DNA of 32,000 nucleotides from contig CAYZSS010000005.1 of NCBI GenBank assembly GCA_964480435.1, positions 4,593 through 36,592 on the forward strand. Direction: 5' to 3'. Shown in pieces: positions 1 to 7,662 of the stretch. The notes under the pieces are model-generated. The model did not search any database and was not told the origin of the DNA. It saw only the letters and a program-made list of their open reading frames with translations. Each line of letters opens with the position of its first letter. Position 1 is the stretch's first letter. This DNA comes from an uncultured archaeon (GTDB lineage: Archaea; Iainarchaeota; Iainarchaeia; Iainarchaeales; 0-14-0-20-30-16). The translations under genes and the position numbers were made by a program.

Positions 1-543
1 AATGAAATAACAATTGATTTGAAAATAAAAGTAGTACAAAAACTATCAAATTTAAAATCTGTGGGGTATAGGGTTTATTTTGATTATTATATTTCATCAC
101 AAAAAGAAATTGAAAAACCATTTATTTTATTTGATTATGATACTAGACTTATTCCTAATGTAAGCAAAATTACCTCGAGTCAAGATTATATTGTTATAGA
201 TGCCTCCGCTGTGATTGGAATAATTCCTAACAAAGTAAACAAACAACCATACTTGTTTTCATTTTATGTTGACTTGGATAATGTGCCTGCAGATAATTTA
301 TGGAGTGCTTTAACAAAGCCTTTGGTTTATGTTAAAAAAATGGGCTCTTGTGAAAATGTTGTTTGTGATGATTTTGATTCTTGTACAAATGATGTGTGTG
401 TAATGGGGAAATGTACTCATGCTAATATTTGTGAAAACTCTGCAGAAAAAACAAATGATATTTTGAAATATGTTTACTATGTGGGAATTGGGTTAATTGT
501 ATTAATCCTTGTGGCAATCTATTTATTAAAAAAGCATGACTAG
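1..543 (+). CDS. C-terminal part of a membrane-anchored surface protein with a Cys-rich module (5' partial, runs off the window start)
   Basis: Frame 1 has no stop between nt 1 and the TTG at 19, so the ORF probably continues upstream. Cys-rich block CENVVCDDFDSCTNDVCVMGKCTHANIC, then a C-terminal hydrophobic helix VGIGLIVLILVAIYLL and a KKHD tail. Confidence 0.55.
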   Translation, partial: NEITIDLKIKVVQKLSNLKSVGYRVYFDYYISSQKEIEKPFILFDYDTRLIPNVSKITSSQDYIVIDASAVIGIIPNKVNKQPYLFSFYVDLDNVPADNLWSALTKPLVYVKKMGSCENVVCDDFDSCTNDVCVMGKCTHANICENSAEKTNDILKYVYYVGIGLIVLILVAIYLLKKHD

Positions 544-1172
544 ATGCTAATTTCTAAGAAGTAGTGCTCTTTTTCAAAAGGTTCTAGGTTGTAAGTATTA
601 ATAATTCTGAAACCAGCTTTCTTTATCTTTAATACTTCTTTATCCAAAACTGCTTTCGGGCTTTTTGAGGAATCTATACTTCTGGTCTTTAGGCTTATTG
701 CTGCTTGCCCCCCAACTGCAAGAAATTTTTTTAGGATTTCTAAAAATATGTCTGTTTGGTCTTTTTGAGAAACATCTTGAAAAATAAAAGTAAATTTTTC
801 TTTATCTAACTCTTTATTCTCTGTTAGTACTCTGTAATCTGAAAGAATTGGAATAATATTTTTCTTTATTTTCATTAGCTGTAGAAGTGAGATCATACAC
901 TCGGGGGATATATCATTAGCAACTATATTCCCGTTAACTACGATGTCTGTAACGTGGCTTAGAGTTGTCCCTGTGGAGCAGCCAACATAAAGAACATTTG
1001 ATTCAGAATTAAGTTTTAATTTGAATCCTTTTTTTATTGCTGCTGCTATCTTTGAACTGTCTGGGCTCCATTCACGCAGATACATTGTTCCTTCTCTAAT
1101 GATTTTTTCTCCATAATGGATGTAATTGTCTTTTGTTTTTGTGTATATTCTATTTTTTATTACTTCCAGCAT
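540..1172 (-). CDS. flpA: Fibrillarin-like rRNA/tRNA 2'-O-methyltransferase (C/D box sRNP)
   Basis: REWSPDSSKIAAAI and the SAM-binding VLYVGCSTGTTLSHVTDIV...NIIPILSD pattern typical of fibrillarin. Lies immediately downstream of nop5, the conserved archaeal arrangement. Confidence 0.9.
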   Translation of the reverse strand: MLEVIKNRIYTKTKDNYIHYGEKIIREGTMYLREWSPDSSKIAAAIKKGFKLKLNSESNVLYVGCSTGTTLSHVTDIVVNGNIVANDISPECMISLLQLMKIKKNIIPILSDYRVLTENKELDKEKFTFIFQDVSQKDQTDIFLEILKKFLAVGGQAAISLKTRSIDSSKSPKAVLDKEVLKIKKAGFRIINTYNLEPFEKEHYFLEISI

Positions 1173-1178
1173 AATTAA

Positions 1179-1910
1179 TCACTTTTGTGCTTTGATTTCT
1201 GCCTTTTTTTCATCAAGGCTTTTTAGTAGTTCTGCACCCATATCTTTTTTAGTATAAACATCCGCTCTTATTGCAAGTTCAATCTTTCCTGCAAAGAATC
1301 TTGCAAGTTTCCCTTTTCTTTTATTATCTATTCCCTGCATTATTGGATGCTGATAGATAAATCCATATTTAGGGCATTTCTTTCCATACTTTAAATGTTT
1401 AAAAAGAGCTGTTTCTGCACCTACTAATTGTAATGTTGAAGATGGCAATTTTGCTAATCTTTCTAGTGAACCCATCTGTGAAATAAATTTAGTTGCAAGA
1501 ATCGGACCCAAAAGAGCAGCTAGGTTTGGGTAGGATTGCTTTGCACTTTTATCTATATTTGATTTAAGTTTTTCAACAACCTTGTCCATATCCATGAAAA
1601 GGGTGCATAGTTGTTTAATAATTAGATTGCTTTCATTTCCTAGTGATTCTGTAATAACTGATTCTTTTTTCTCAAGATCTAAGTCTAATATCGCTTTAAT
1701 ATAGGCTTTATTATTCTTGCTTAATTGGGCATAGAGTTCAGGGTATTCTAAGCTGTGCCATTTGTATACATAATCAAAAATAGAATTAGCTTGTCCAGTG
1801 AAATAGGATATTAGTTCTAATGATTTAACTGCATTAATTATATTTTTGTTACTTTTGATATAATTATTCAGATCCTCAATAAATTTCTTTTCAAGGCTTG
1901 CTTTGTTCAT
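1179..1910 (-). CDS. nop5: Nop5 (Nop56/58) C/D box sRNP protein, short form lacking the N-terminal domain
   Basis: NOSIC-like WHSLEYPEL and Nop domain LVGAETALFKHLKYGKKCPKYGFIYQHP...KGKLARFFAGKIELAIRAD. Start placed at ATG 1910 (M28 of the track ORF), 20 nt inside the upstream gene. Product is about 243 aa. Confidence 0.85.
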   Translation of the reverse strand: MNKASLEKKFIEDLNNYIKSNKNIINAVKSLELISYFTGQANSIFDYVYKWHSLEYPELYAQLSKNNKAYIKAILDLDLEKKESVITESLGNESNLIIKQLCTLFMDMDKVVEKLKSNIDKSAKQSYPNLAALLGPILATKFISQMGSLERLAKLPSSTLQLVGAETALFKHLKYGKKCPKYGFIYQHPIMQGIDNKRKGKLARFFAGKIELAIRADVYTKKDMGAELLKSLDEKKAEIKAQK

Positions 1911-3636
1911 CTTCTTGGCTCCTAATTTTTCTTGCAAGGTAATCTTTATATAAATCAGTAAAGATATTGCTTTCTTTTCCTTCAATAACATTACATACTT
2001 CTGTAATTATTTGGTTAGAAGCTAAAATACTTGGAACTACAACATACTTTGCTCCTAAGTTATAATATTCTTTTGCATCTTCTATAAAATGGGCCCTTAC
2101 TAGAATATCTGTTTTCTTTGGGTCGGTTTTACTAAAAATTACTTTATTTACCTGCATATTTGGAATTGTTGTTATTATCAGTTTTGCCTTATTTATGCTT
2201 ATGTCATCTAGTATTTCTGTATTATCTGCGTGCCCGCAAAGAGCATAAATTCCTTTGTTAATAAAATCTAATATTGGCTCTGGGTCATTATCAACTATTA
2301 CTATTTTATCTAGGCTAATTATATTACCTCTAATTAGTGCCTCTGCTATACTAGTTCCCATTCTTCCTGCACCAAATATAATTATGTGGTCTTTAAGTCT
2401 ATACTTCTTTTCGATTTGTTTTTTGTCTAGTTTTATTCTGAAAATTTTTCTAATCAGGTCAGAAATTTTGTCAATAAAAAATATTTTGTTTGATACTGTT
2501 TTTATTTCTCTATTATAATTTATTACGTATGGAGTTAGAATCATAGTTAATGCAATGAATAAAATTAATGTGTTGCTAACGCTTGTATTAAATATGCCTT
2601 GCACTGTTGCAACCTGTACTAGTACTAACCCAAAGATGTTTCCTTGAAATAGACTTGTGCTTACAAAGAAAGAAGTATCATCATCATATTTGAAGAATAG
2701 TGATGTTAAATATATTGATATTGGCTTTATTAATATGGCTACTACTGCTATTATAATTAGTAAAGTAATATCTATATTGGCAAAGCCAGTAATTTGCATA
2801 CCCAATAAAATGAAAAAGAACATGCTGAAAAAAGCTTTAATTTCTTTTATTCTATCCATTATTTCTAGTTTATATGGGTAGTTAGCTAAAATTAAACCGC
2901 CAATAAAAGTAGCGATGATTATGGAAAAATCTAGTATTGTTGCTAATAGAATAAATCCAAAACATGAGGCAAGAATTATTAAAAAAACTACCTCTTCATT
3001 TTTTGATGCTAATCTAATTGTGGTTTTGAAAACTAAAAAGTTTACAAGTAAAGCGGAAACAATAATAATCGCCAATTTATAAACTAAATTTACTACTAAC
3101 ATAAAGGAAAAGCTTCCTGTGCTAGTAGTAAGGATTGGCAGGAATATAATAATTATTACATCTTGTAAAAGCAAAATACCAAGTAAAATTCTGCCTTTTA
3201 GACTTGTGGCAAGTTTTTGGTCAGAAAGGCATTTCATAATTAGTTCTGTGCTGCTTATACACAATATTGTTCCTAAAAATAGGGATTGTAGTAGGTTAAA
3301 CCCAAATAATTTGGTTAATATAAATGTTATGACAAAGGTGATAACTACCTGGACTAATCCAATTAAGAGAATATTTTTTTTGATGGCTTTTAGTTTATTA
3401 AAATCTAGTTCTGCCCCAACAACATAAATTAGAAGAGCAATCCCTATTTCAGAAAGCGCAACTATTATTGATGGGTCCGTAATCATATGGAATACAGCAG
3501 GACCAAGTAAAAATCCAACAATAACAAAGCCTAAGATAATTGGTTGTTTTATTTTGTAGGAAAGATAAGCAAAAGAGGCGGCAAGTAATATTACTGAACT
3601 TAATTCTATTAATATGTTAACAATATTGCTGTCCAT
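1891..3636 (-). CDS. CPA2/Kef-type monovalent cation:proton antiporter with C-terminal RCK_N (TrkA-N) domain
   Basis: Multi-helix hydrophobic core beginning KQPIILGFVIVGFLLGP, typical of Kef/NapA. C-terminal Rossmann motif HIIIFGAGRMGTSIAEAL. Only about 35 aa follow the RCK_N fold, so no RCK_C is evident. Confidence 0.8.
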   Translation of the reverse strand: MDSNIVNILIELSSVILLAASFAYLSYKIKQPIILGFVIVGFLLGPAVFHMITDPSIIVALSEIGIALLIYVVGAELDFNKLKAIKKNILLIGLVQVVITFVITFILTKLFGFNLLQSLFLGTILCISSTELIMKCLSDQKLATSLKGRILLGILLLQDVIIIIFLPILTTSTGSFSFMLVVNLVYKLAIIIVSALLVNFLVFKTTIRLASKNEEVVFLIILASCFGFILLATILDFSIIIATFIGGLILANYPYKLEIMDRIKEIKAFFSMFFFILLGMQITGFANIDITLLIIIAVVAILIKPISIYLTSLFFKYDDDTSFFVSTSLFQGNIFGLVLVQVATVQGIFNTSVSNTLILFIALTMILTPYVINYNREIKTVSNKIFFIDKISDLIRKIFRIKLDKKQIEKKYRLKDHIIIFGAGRMGTSIAEALIRGNIISLDKIVIVDNDPEPILDFINKGIYALCGHADNTEILDDISINKAKLIITTIPNMQVNKVIFSKTDPKKTDILVRAHFIEDAKEYYNLGAKYVVVPSILASNQIITEVCNVIEGKESNIFTDLYKDYLARKIRSQEDEQSKP

Positions 3637-3668
3637 GTTATCCCTTATTTATATATAACTTATAGTTT

Positions 3669-4700
3669 TTAATACTTATTATAGATTCTATTTAGCACTA
3701 CCTCATTAATTCTATTAAGTCTATCTATGATTAATTTTGTTGTTTTTATCTGTAGACTTGTTTCAGTTGCAAGGTCTTCTGGTTTTGTAATCATAATATC
3801 AAATAACCCTTTCTTGGACTCTACAATTCTGTCTATAATTGTTTCAGATAATTTTGGTATTTTTGACAAAGCTCTATATCCTTTGGGACTTATAATCTCT
3901 TCTTTATCTTGCTCTTTATATCCTAATAAATGTATTACTTCTTCTTTAGCTGGTATTTGATCTAAAGTTAATAATCTTTGAGTTAATTCATCAATTGTGA
4001 TGTCTTTTCCTGTTTTATAATAGTCTAAAAATATTAATTCCAACTCTTTGTCAAGGCCTTCAGTATATTCTTCTAACATGTTTGCTCTTTCTTGCCCTTC
4101 ATTGCCAAGTTCGATTATTGTTTTTTTAGTATTATTTTTTTGTATTAATATTCCTACTAGTTTTTGTATAATATTTGCCACATCTGTTAAACTCACATTG
4201 TTTGTGAATTCATAATATGTTAATTCATTTAAGCTTGCTTCAACCTGCTGTCTTGTATTATACATTGACTTTAGGTTTTGATCTACTTTTACTAAAACTA
4301 ACTGGATTTGCTTAATTAGGTAATGTTGATCTCTAAAAAATAAAGTAATGTTTTTTCTTCTTTTTGATATTGCTACTACCGGCAGGTTAGTTTGTTTTGC
4401 AGCTTGTTCTGCTGATCGGTGTCTTATTCCTGTTTGTTTTGAATTAATTTCTTTATCCGGCATTAGATGTGCATTTGCATGAGTTATAGTTTTTAGATCG
4501 TTGCTTATTACAATTGCACCATCCATCTTTGCCAGTTCGAAAAGATTATTTGGGGTTAAAGGCACATCTAATCTAAATCCACCTCTAATAATGCACTCTA
4601 AAATTAAATTTCTGCCAATTACAATAAGTCCACCTATGTCTCCTTTTAAAATTTCATCAAGTCCTTCTCTTAATTCGCTTCCAGGCGCCAAAAGTGGCAC
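3669..4700 (-). CDS. disA: DisA-type diadenylate cyclase (DAC domain + helical linker + degenerate HhH domain)
   Basis: Colinear with bacterial DisA: LAPGSELREGLDEIL, DAC motifs MDGAIVIS and GIRHRSAEQAAKQT, C-terminal PKGYRALSKIPKLSETIIDRIV. GTG start at 4700; the frame upstream has no canonical start after the stop. Confidence 0.85.
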   Translation of the reverse strand: MPLLAPGSELREGLDEILKGDIGGLIVIGRNLILECIIRGGFRLDVPLTPNNLFELAKMDGAIVISNDLKTITHANAHLMPDKEINSKQTGIRHRSAEQAAKQTNLPVVAISKRRKNITLFFRDQHYLIKQIQLVLVKVDQNLKSMYNTRQQVEASLNELTYYEFTNNVSLTDVANIIQKLVGILIQKNNTKKTIIELGNEGQERANMLEEYTEGLDKELELIFLDYYKTGKDITIDELTQRLLTLDQIPAKEEVIHLLGYKEQDKEEIISPKGYRALSKIPKLSETIIDRIVESKKGLFDIMITKPEDLATETSLQIKTTKLIIDRLNRINEVVLNRIYNKY

Positions 4701-4762
4701 AATTTCATCAGCAGTTTTAAAATCTTGTATTTGTATCTTCTTCTCTTCGCTTATGTTCTCAC

Positions 4763-5614
4763 CTACATGTTATCTAATGGGCTTTTAACTTTTTTTAGCT
4801 CTTCAGTAGTAATTTTTGTATAAATTTGGGTTGTGGATAAATTTGCATGACCCAATAACTCTTGAATTTTTCTAATATTTTCTCCTGCGTCTAATAAATG
4901 TGTTGCAAATGAATGTCTTAACGTGTGTGGTGTGACGGTTTTCTTTATTTGTGCGTTTTCTGCGTATTTTTTAATCATTTTTTGGACCATGTCACTGCTG
5001 TATTTTGTGCCATTTTTTTTGCAAAATACGTAAGGGGATTTAACTTTCTTAAAATATTTTTGTGAAAAAGAATAGTACTCGACTAGCCATTTTTTTGATA
5101 CAATTACAATCCTGTCTTTGTTTCCTTTTCCACTGATAATTTTTATTGTTGCTTCTTTAGAATCAATTGAATCTTTTTTTAGATCACATAATTCTGATAC
5201 CCTTAAACCAGAACTGTATAATAACTCTACCATAAGCTTGTGTTTTTTATCTGTAATTATGGCAAATAACCTTTTTATTTCCTCTTTTGTAAGGATGTTT
5301 GGGAGATATTTTTCTTTTTTTGGTGTTTTTATTTCATCTAAAAGATGTGTTTTCTTATATGCAGAAAAATAATACTTCAAACTGGCATATATTGCACTTA
5401 AAGATACATTCTTTATTCCGTTTTCTTTTTTATGTGCTAGATAAGACATAATATCTTTAGTGGTTATCTGTTCTAAGTCTTTTTTAATGAATTTTATAAA
5501 ATCTCCAAGATAAAGCAGGTATTGTGACTTTGTTTTATCGCTGTAACCAGACACAGTAAGGTGGTTTTTGTAATTTTGAATTTCCCCCTGTTGGTCAATA
5601 TTATCTTGGTGCAT
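4763..5614 (-). CDS. xerA: Tyrosine recombinase XerA/XerC-like
   Basis: N-terminal SAM-like core-binding domain. Catalytic motifs SGLRVSEL, HTLRHSFATHLL, LLGHANLSTTQIYT. Size is typical of archaeal XerA. Confidence 0.85.
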   Translation of the reverse strand: MHQDNIDQQGEIQNYKNHLTVSGYSDKTKSQYLLYLGDFIKFIKKDLEQITTKDIMSYLAHKKENGIKNVSLSAIYASLKYYFSAYKKTHLLDEIKTPKKEKYLPNILTKEEIKRLFAIITDKKHKLMVELLYSSGLRVSELCDLKKDSIDSKEATIKIISGKGNKDRIVIVSKKWLVEYYSFSQKYFKKVKSPYVFCKKNGTKYSSDMVQKMIKKYAENAQIKKTVTPHTLRHSFATHLLDAGENIRKIQELLGHANLSTTQIYTKITTEELKKVKSPLDNM

Positions 5615-5692
5615 GTATTATTAACAAAATTAGTATATATTAAGTTTTCTTAAAACTACATAAAAAATAAAGGAAAATTAAAGTGAAATTTG

Positions 5693-6448
5693 CTATTCTG
5701 AAAGCCATTTTATTAGCCCTGTGACGCTTAGTCTTCTTTCTGCATCTCTTGTCTGTTGGCCTAATCTATTTAGAATATCTATCATTATTTCCCTTTTAGA
5801 CAGATTCCTTAGGTGATGCCCCATGTTTTGATGTAAAAGATCTCTTAAGCTGGGGTTTCTTCTATTCCCTTCTTCTGATATTAGAGATGATAATAACTGG
5901 TATCTCCTTGTATCATCAGGGGATAAAGCAGAGATAAAAATATTTAAATCTTTTATTGCATTTGTTAATTCTTTGCGATATTCTTCTTCGGAATATCTGG
6001 GGTTATCTTCCAATAAAATTCTATTTATTATTCTTTCACAAAGGGTATCCTTTTCTTCTAATCTTTTTCTTCTTTCAAGGGCTTTTCTTTGTTCTGCGCT
6101 TACTTTATTTCGCCTATCTTCAGCTTCTTGTAATTTTCTTTGTCTTTCACGTTCGGCTCCTTGCTGTTTTAGTTTTTCCATCTTTGCATCATAGGCCCTT
6201 ATAATTTCTTCTTTTTCTGACTCAGTTAATTCTCTTCCTTGTATTCTTTCTTCTTCTGCGATATATTCTAAAATTTTTTTTGCTCTTTCTTTTACTGCCA
6301 TTCTGTTTTCAAAGTTTTCAAACATTTGTGTTATTTTTCGTCTTTCTTGTTTTTTACGCAACATGTTACGATTTTTTGCTAAATAATCAAGTAAAGGGGC
6401 ATCTCCTGGTGGTTTTAGCCGTTTAAATTTTTTAACCATATGTATCAC
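5693..6448 (-). CDS. Hypothetical highly charged (E/R/K) coiled-coil protein
   Basis: Long ORF with charged heptad-like stretches (ERERQRKLQEAEDRRNKVSAEQRKALERRKRLEEK). The likely real start is ATG 6439, preceded by GTGAT. It lies 8-17 nt downstream of the 6457..6924 gene. No family recognised. Confidence 0.5.
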   Translation of the reverse strand: MIHMVKKFKRLKPPGDAPLLDYLAKNRNMLRKKQERRKITQMFENFENRMAVKERAKKILEYIAEEERIQGRELTESEKEEIIRAYDAKMEKLKQQGAERERQRKLQEAEDRRNKVSAEQRKALERRKRLEEKDTLCERIINRILLEDNPRYSEEEYRKELTNAIKDLNIFISALSPDDTRRYQLLSSLISEEGNRRNPSLRDLLHQNMGHHLRNLSKREIMIDILNRLGQQTRDAERRLSVTGLIKWLSE

Positions 6449-6456
6449 TTATTTAT

Positions 6457-6924
6457 TTAAAACTTATAAGAATTAAAAACTCTTCTGGTATAATCTAACC
6501 TTCTTGCATACGGCAAAAGAGGTTCTCTTCTTTGTGCTGGTAATGTATTAATAAAATTGATAAAATTAAAAGTGCTTGTTGAGAATGCTTCTCTAAAACT
6601 TTTTCCTGATTGCAGTTCTGTTGCTATTGCTTTTCTTAATTGTGGTCTTCTTAAAACCTGAGTTAATGCAAAGCCAAAAACTCTTTGTTCTTGTAGTGAT
6701 AAAATTGGCAAAACTCTAGTTCTTAATCTAATTATTTCAGTTCTTATAGTTTCTCTATTTGTTGCTGATGCAATTCTTTCAAGTACATTAAGGCCACCTT
6801 TTCTTATTGGATTTAGATCAATTGGCCTAGGTCTGGGCCTAAAAGTAGCTCTTCGTTCGTTTTCTCTAAAAAAAGATCCTGTGGGTCTTCTATCAATTTT
6901 CACTTCTCTGAATGTTGGGCTCAT
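6457..6924 (-). CDS. Hypothetical Arg-rich basic protein
   Basis: ATG preceded by GGGGGT at SD distance. 27 Arg versus 5 Lys in 155 aa (RPRPRP, LRRPQLRK, QRREP, TRR). Arg is mostly AGA, i.e. native-looking codons. No family recognised. Confidence 0.5.
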   Translation of the reverse strand: MSPTFREVKIDRRPTGSFFRENERRATFRPRPRPIDLNPIRKGGLNVLERIASATNRETIRTEIIRLRTRVLPILSLQEQRVFGFALTQVLRRPQLRKAIATELQSGKSFREAFSTSTFNFINFINTLPAQRREPLLPYARRLDYTRRVFNSYKF

Positions 6925-7039
6925 AATTTACCCCCAAAGATTTTAAGTGTATTTGATCTAAAAACCAAATTAAAATTCATATATCTATTATTTGATTACA
7001 ATAATATATATATTTATCGCAATTCATAACTTTTTCCTG

Positions 7040-7156
7040 CTATGCTACATAACAGGTTAAAAACCAAAGAAACACACCGGCCCAAAAACCATTATCGGCA
7101 TAAGGTACATTATGCCGAAATACGGCGAAGGGAATTAAAGTGTACGCGGGTTTTTA
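7040..7156. ncRNA. GC-enriched island with a perfect 9-bp hairpin; candidate small structured RNA or terminator, strand unresolved
   Basis: Lies in a 313-bp non-coding gap. Hairpin tcggcataa(7095-7103)/ggtaca/ttatgccga(7110-7118). Flanked by ccggccc, cggcgaaggg and cgcggg+T5, in otherwise very AT-rich DNA. TATA-like run at about 7003-7017. Confidence 0.2.
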
Positions 7157-7237
7157 CTAAAAAGTAGTGCAAAAAATAAATTATTGGGCTTATACTTCTA
7201 ATTATGTATAAACCAATTTAAGATCGTGTTACTTTTT

Positions 7238-7594
7238 TTATCTTACTGCTCTAACTACAATTTCTTTTTTGTAAGTTTTTTGAACAAACTTATAATCATT
7301 AAAATGTTCATAAATTACTAATCTTGCTGGGTAATCTCGAGCAGTAGTGTTAGGTTTAGTATAAATTTGGAAATAATAAGTTTTTGATTCTCCGGGTTCT
7401 AGGTATCCAAGTTGTTTTTCTATTCTGTTGCTTAATCCTGTACTTTCTACAGCTAAATCTCTTGCAACTAAGAATTCTAGACTAAGTAGTTTTTTTTCTT
7501 CGTCTTTATTTTCTAGTATTAGTTTAAGTTCTTGTGGTGTTTTTGAACCTAATTTTATAGTAAATGGAATTAAAACACTTTTAATAACTAACAT
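7238..7594 (-). CDS. Hypothetical small protein (beta-rich by composition)
   Basis: ORF with SD GGGTGGT 3 nt upstream of ATG 7594 (M6 of the track ORF). No recognised motif. Confidence 0.5.
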   Translation of the reverse strand: MLVIKSVLIPFTIKLGSKTPQELKLILENKDEEKKLLSLEFLVARDLAVESTGLSNRIEKQLGYLEPGESKTYYFQIYTKPNTTARDYPARLVIYEHFNDYKFVQKTYKKEIVVRAVR

Positions 7595-7662
7595 ATAACC
7601 ACCCTTCACTCACATAATGTATAAACACTATATTAATATATGTCATTACCTATAAAATACTT

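Noticed and set aside
2255-3427. Plus-strand ORFs 2255..2518, 2657..2881 and 3119..3427. Similar antisense ORFs lie inside other long genes, e.g. 16437..17698, 8871..9456, 15853..16314 and 22863..23180.
   Set aside because: They lie wholly antisense to well-supported genes and encode low-complexity hydrophobic or Ser-rich strings. They mostly lack convincing start contexts. These are typical shadow ORFs of AT-rich DNA.
7040-7156. The GC-rich island as 5S rRNA, a tRNA or tRNA half, a C/D box sRNA or an H/ACA sRNA.
   Set aside because: No 5S-like conserved segments, no T-arm (GGTTCRANYCC), no RUGAUGA/CUGA boxes on either strand, and no convincing pocket + ACA. Only one hairpin is robust, so it is kept as an unclassified low-confidence candidate.
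4763-7609. Integrated provirus or mobile island: XerA-like recombinase plus the neighbouring orphan genes.
   Set aside because: The recombinase has the size and motifs of housekeeping XerA. I saw no flanking direct repeats or tRNA-end duplication. The orphan genes use native-looking codons (AGA Arg). No capsid, replication or terminase-like genes are present.
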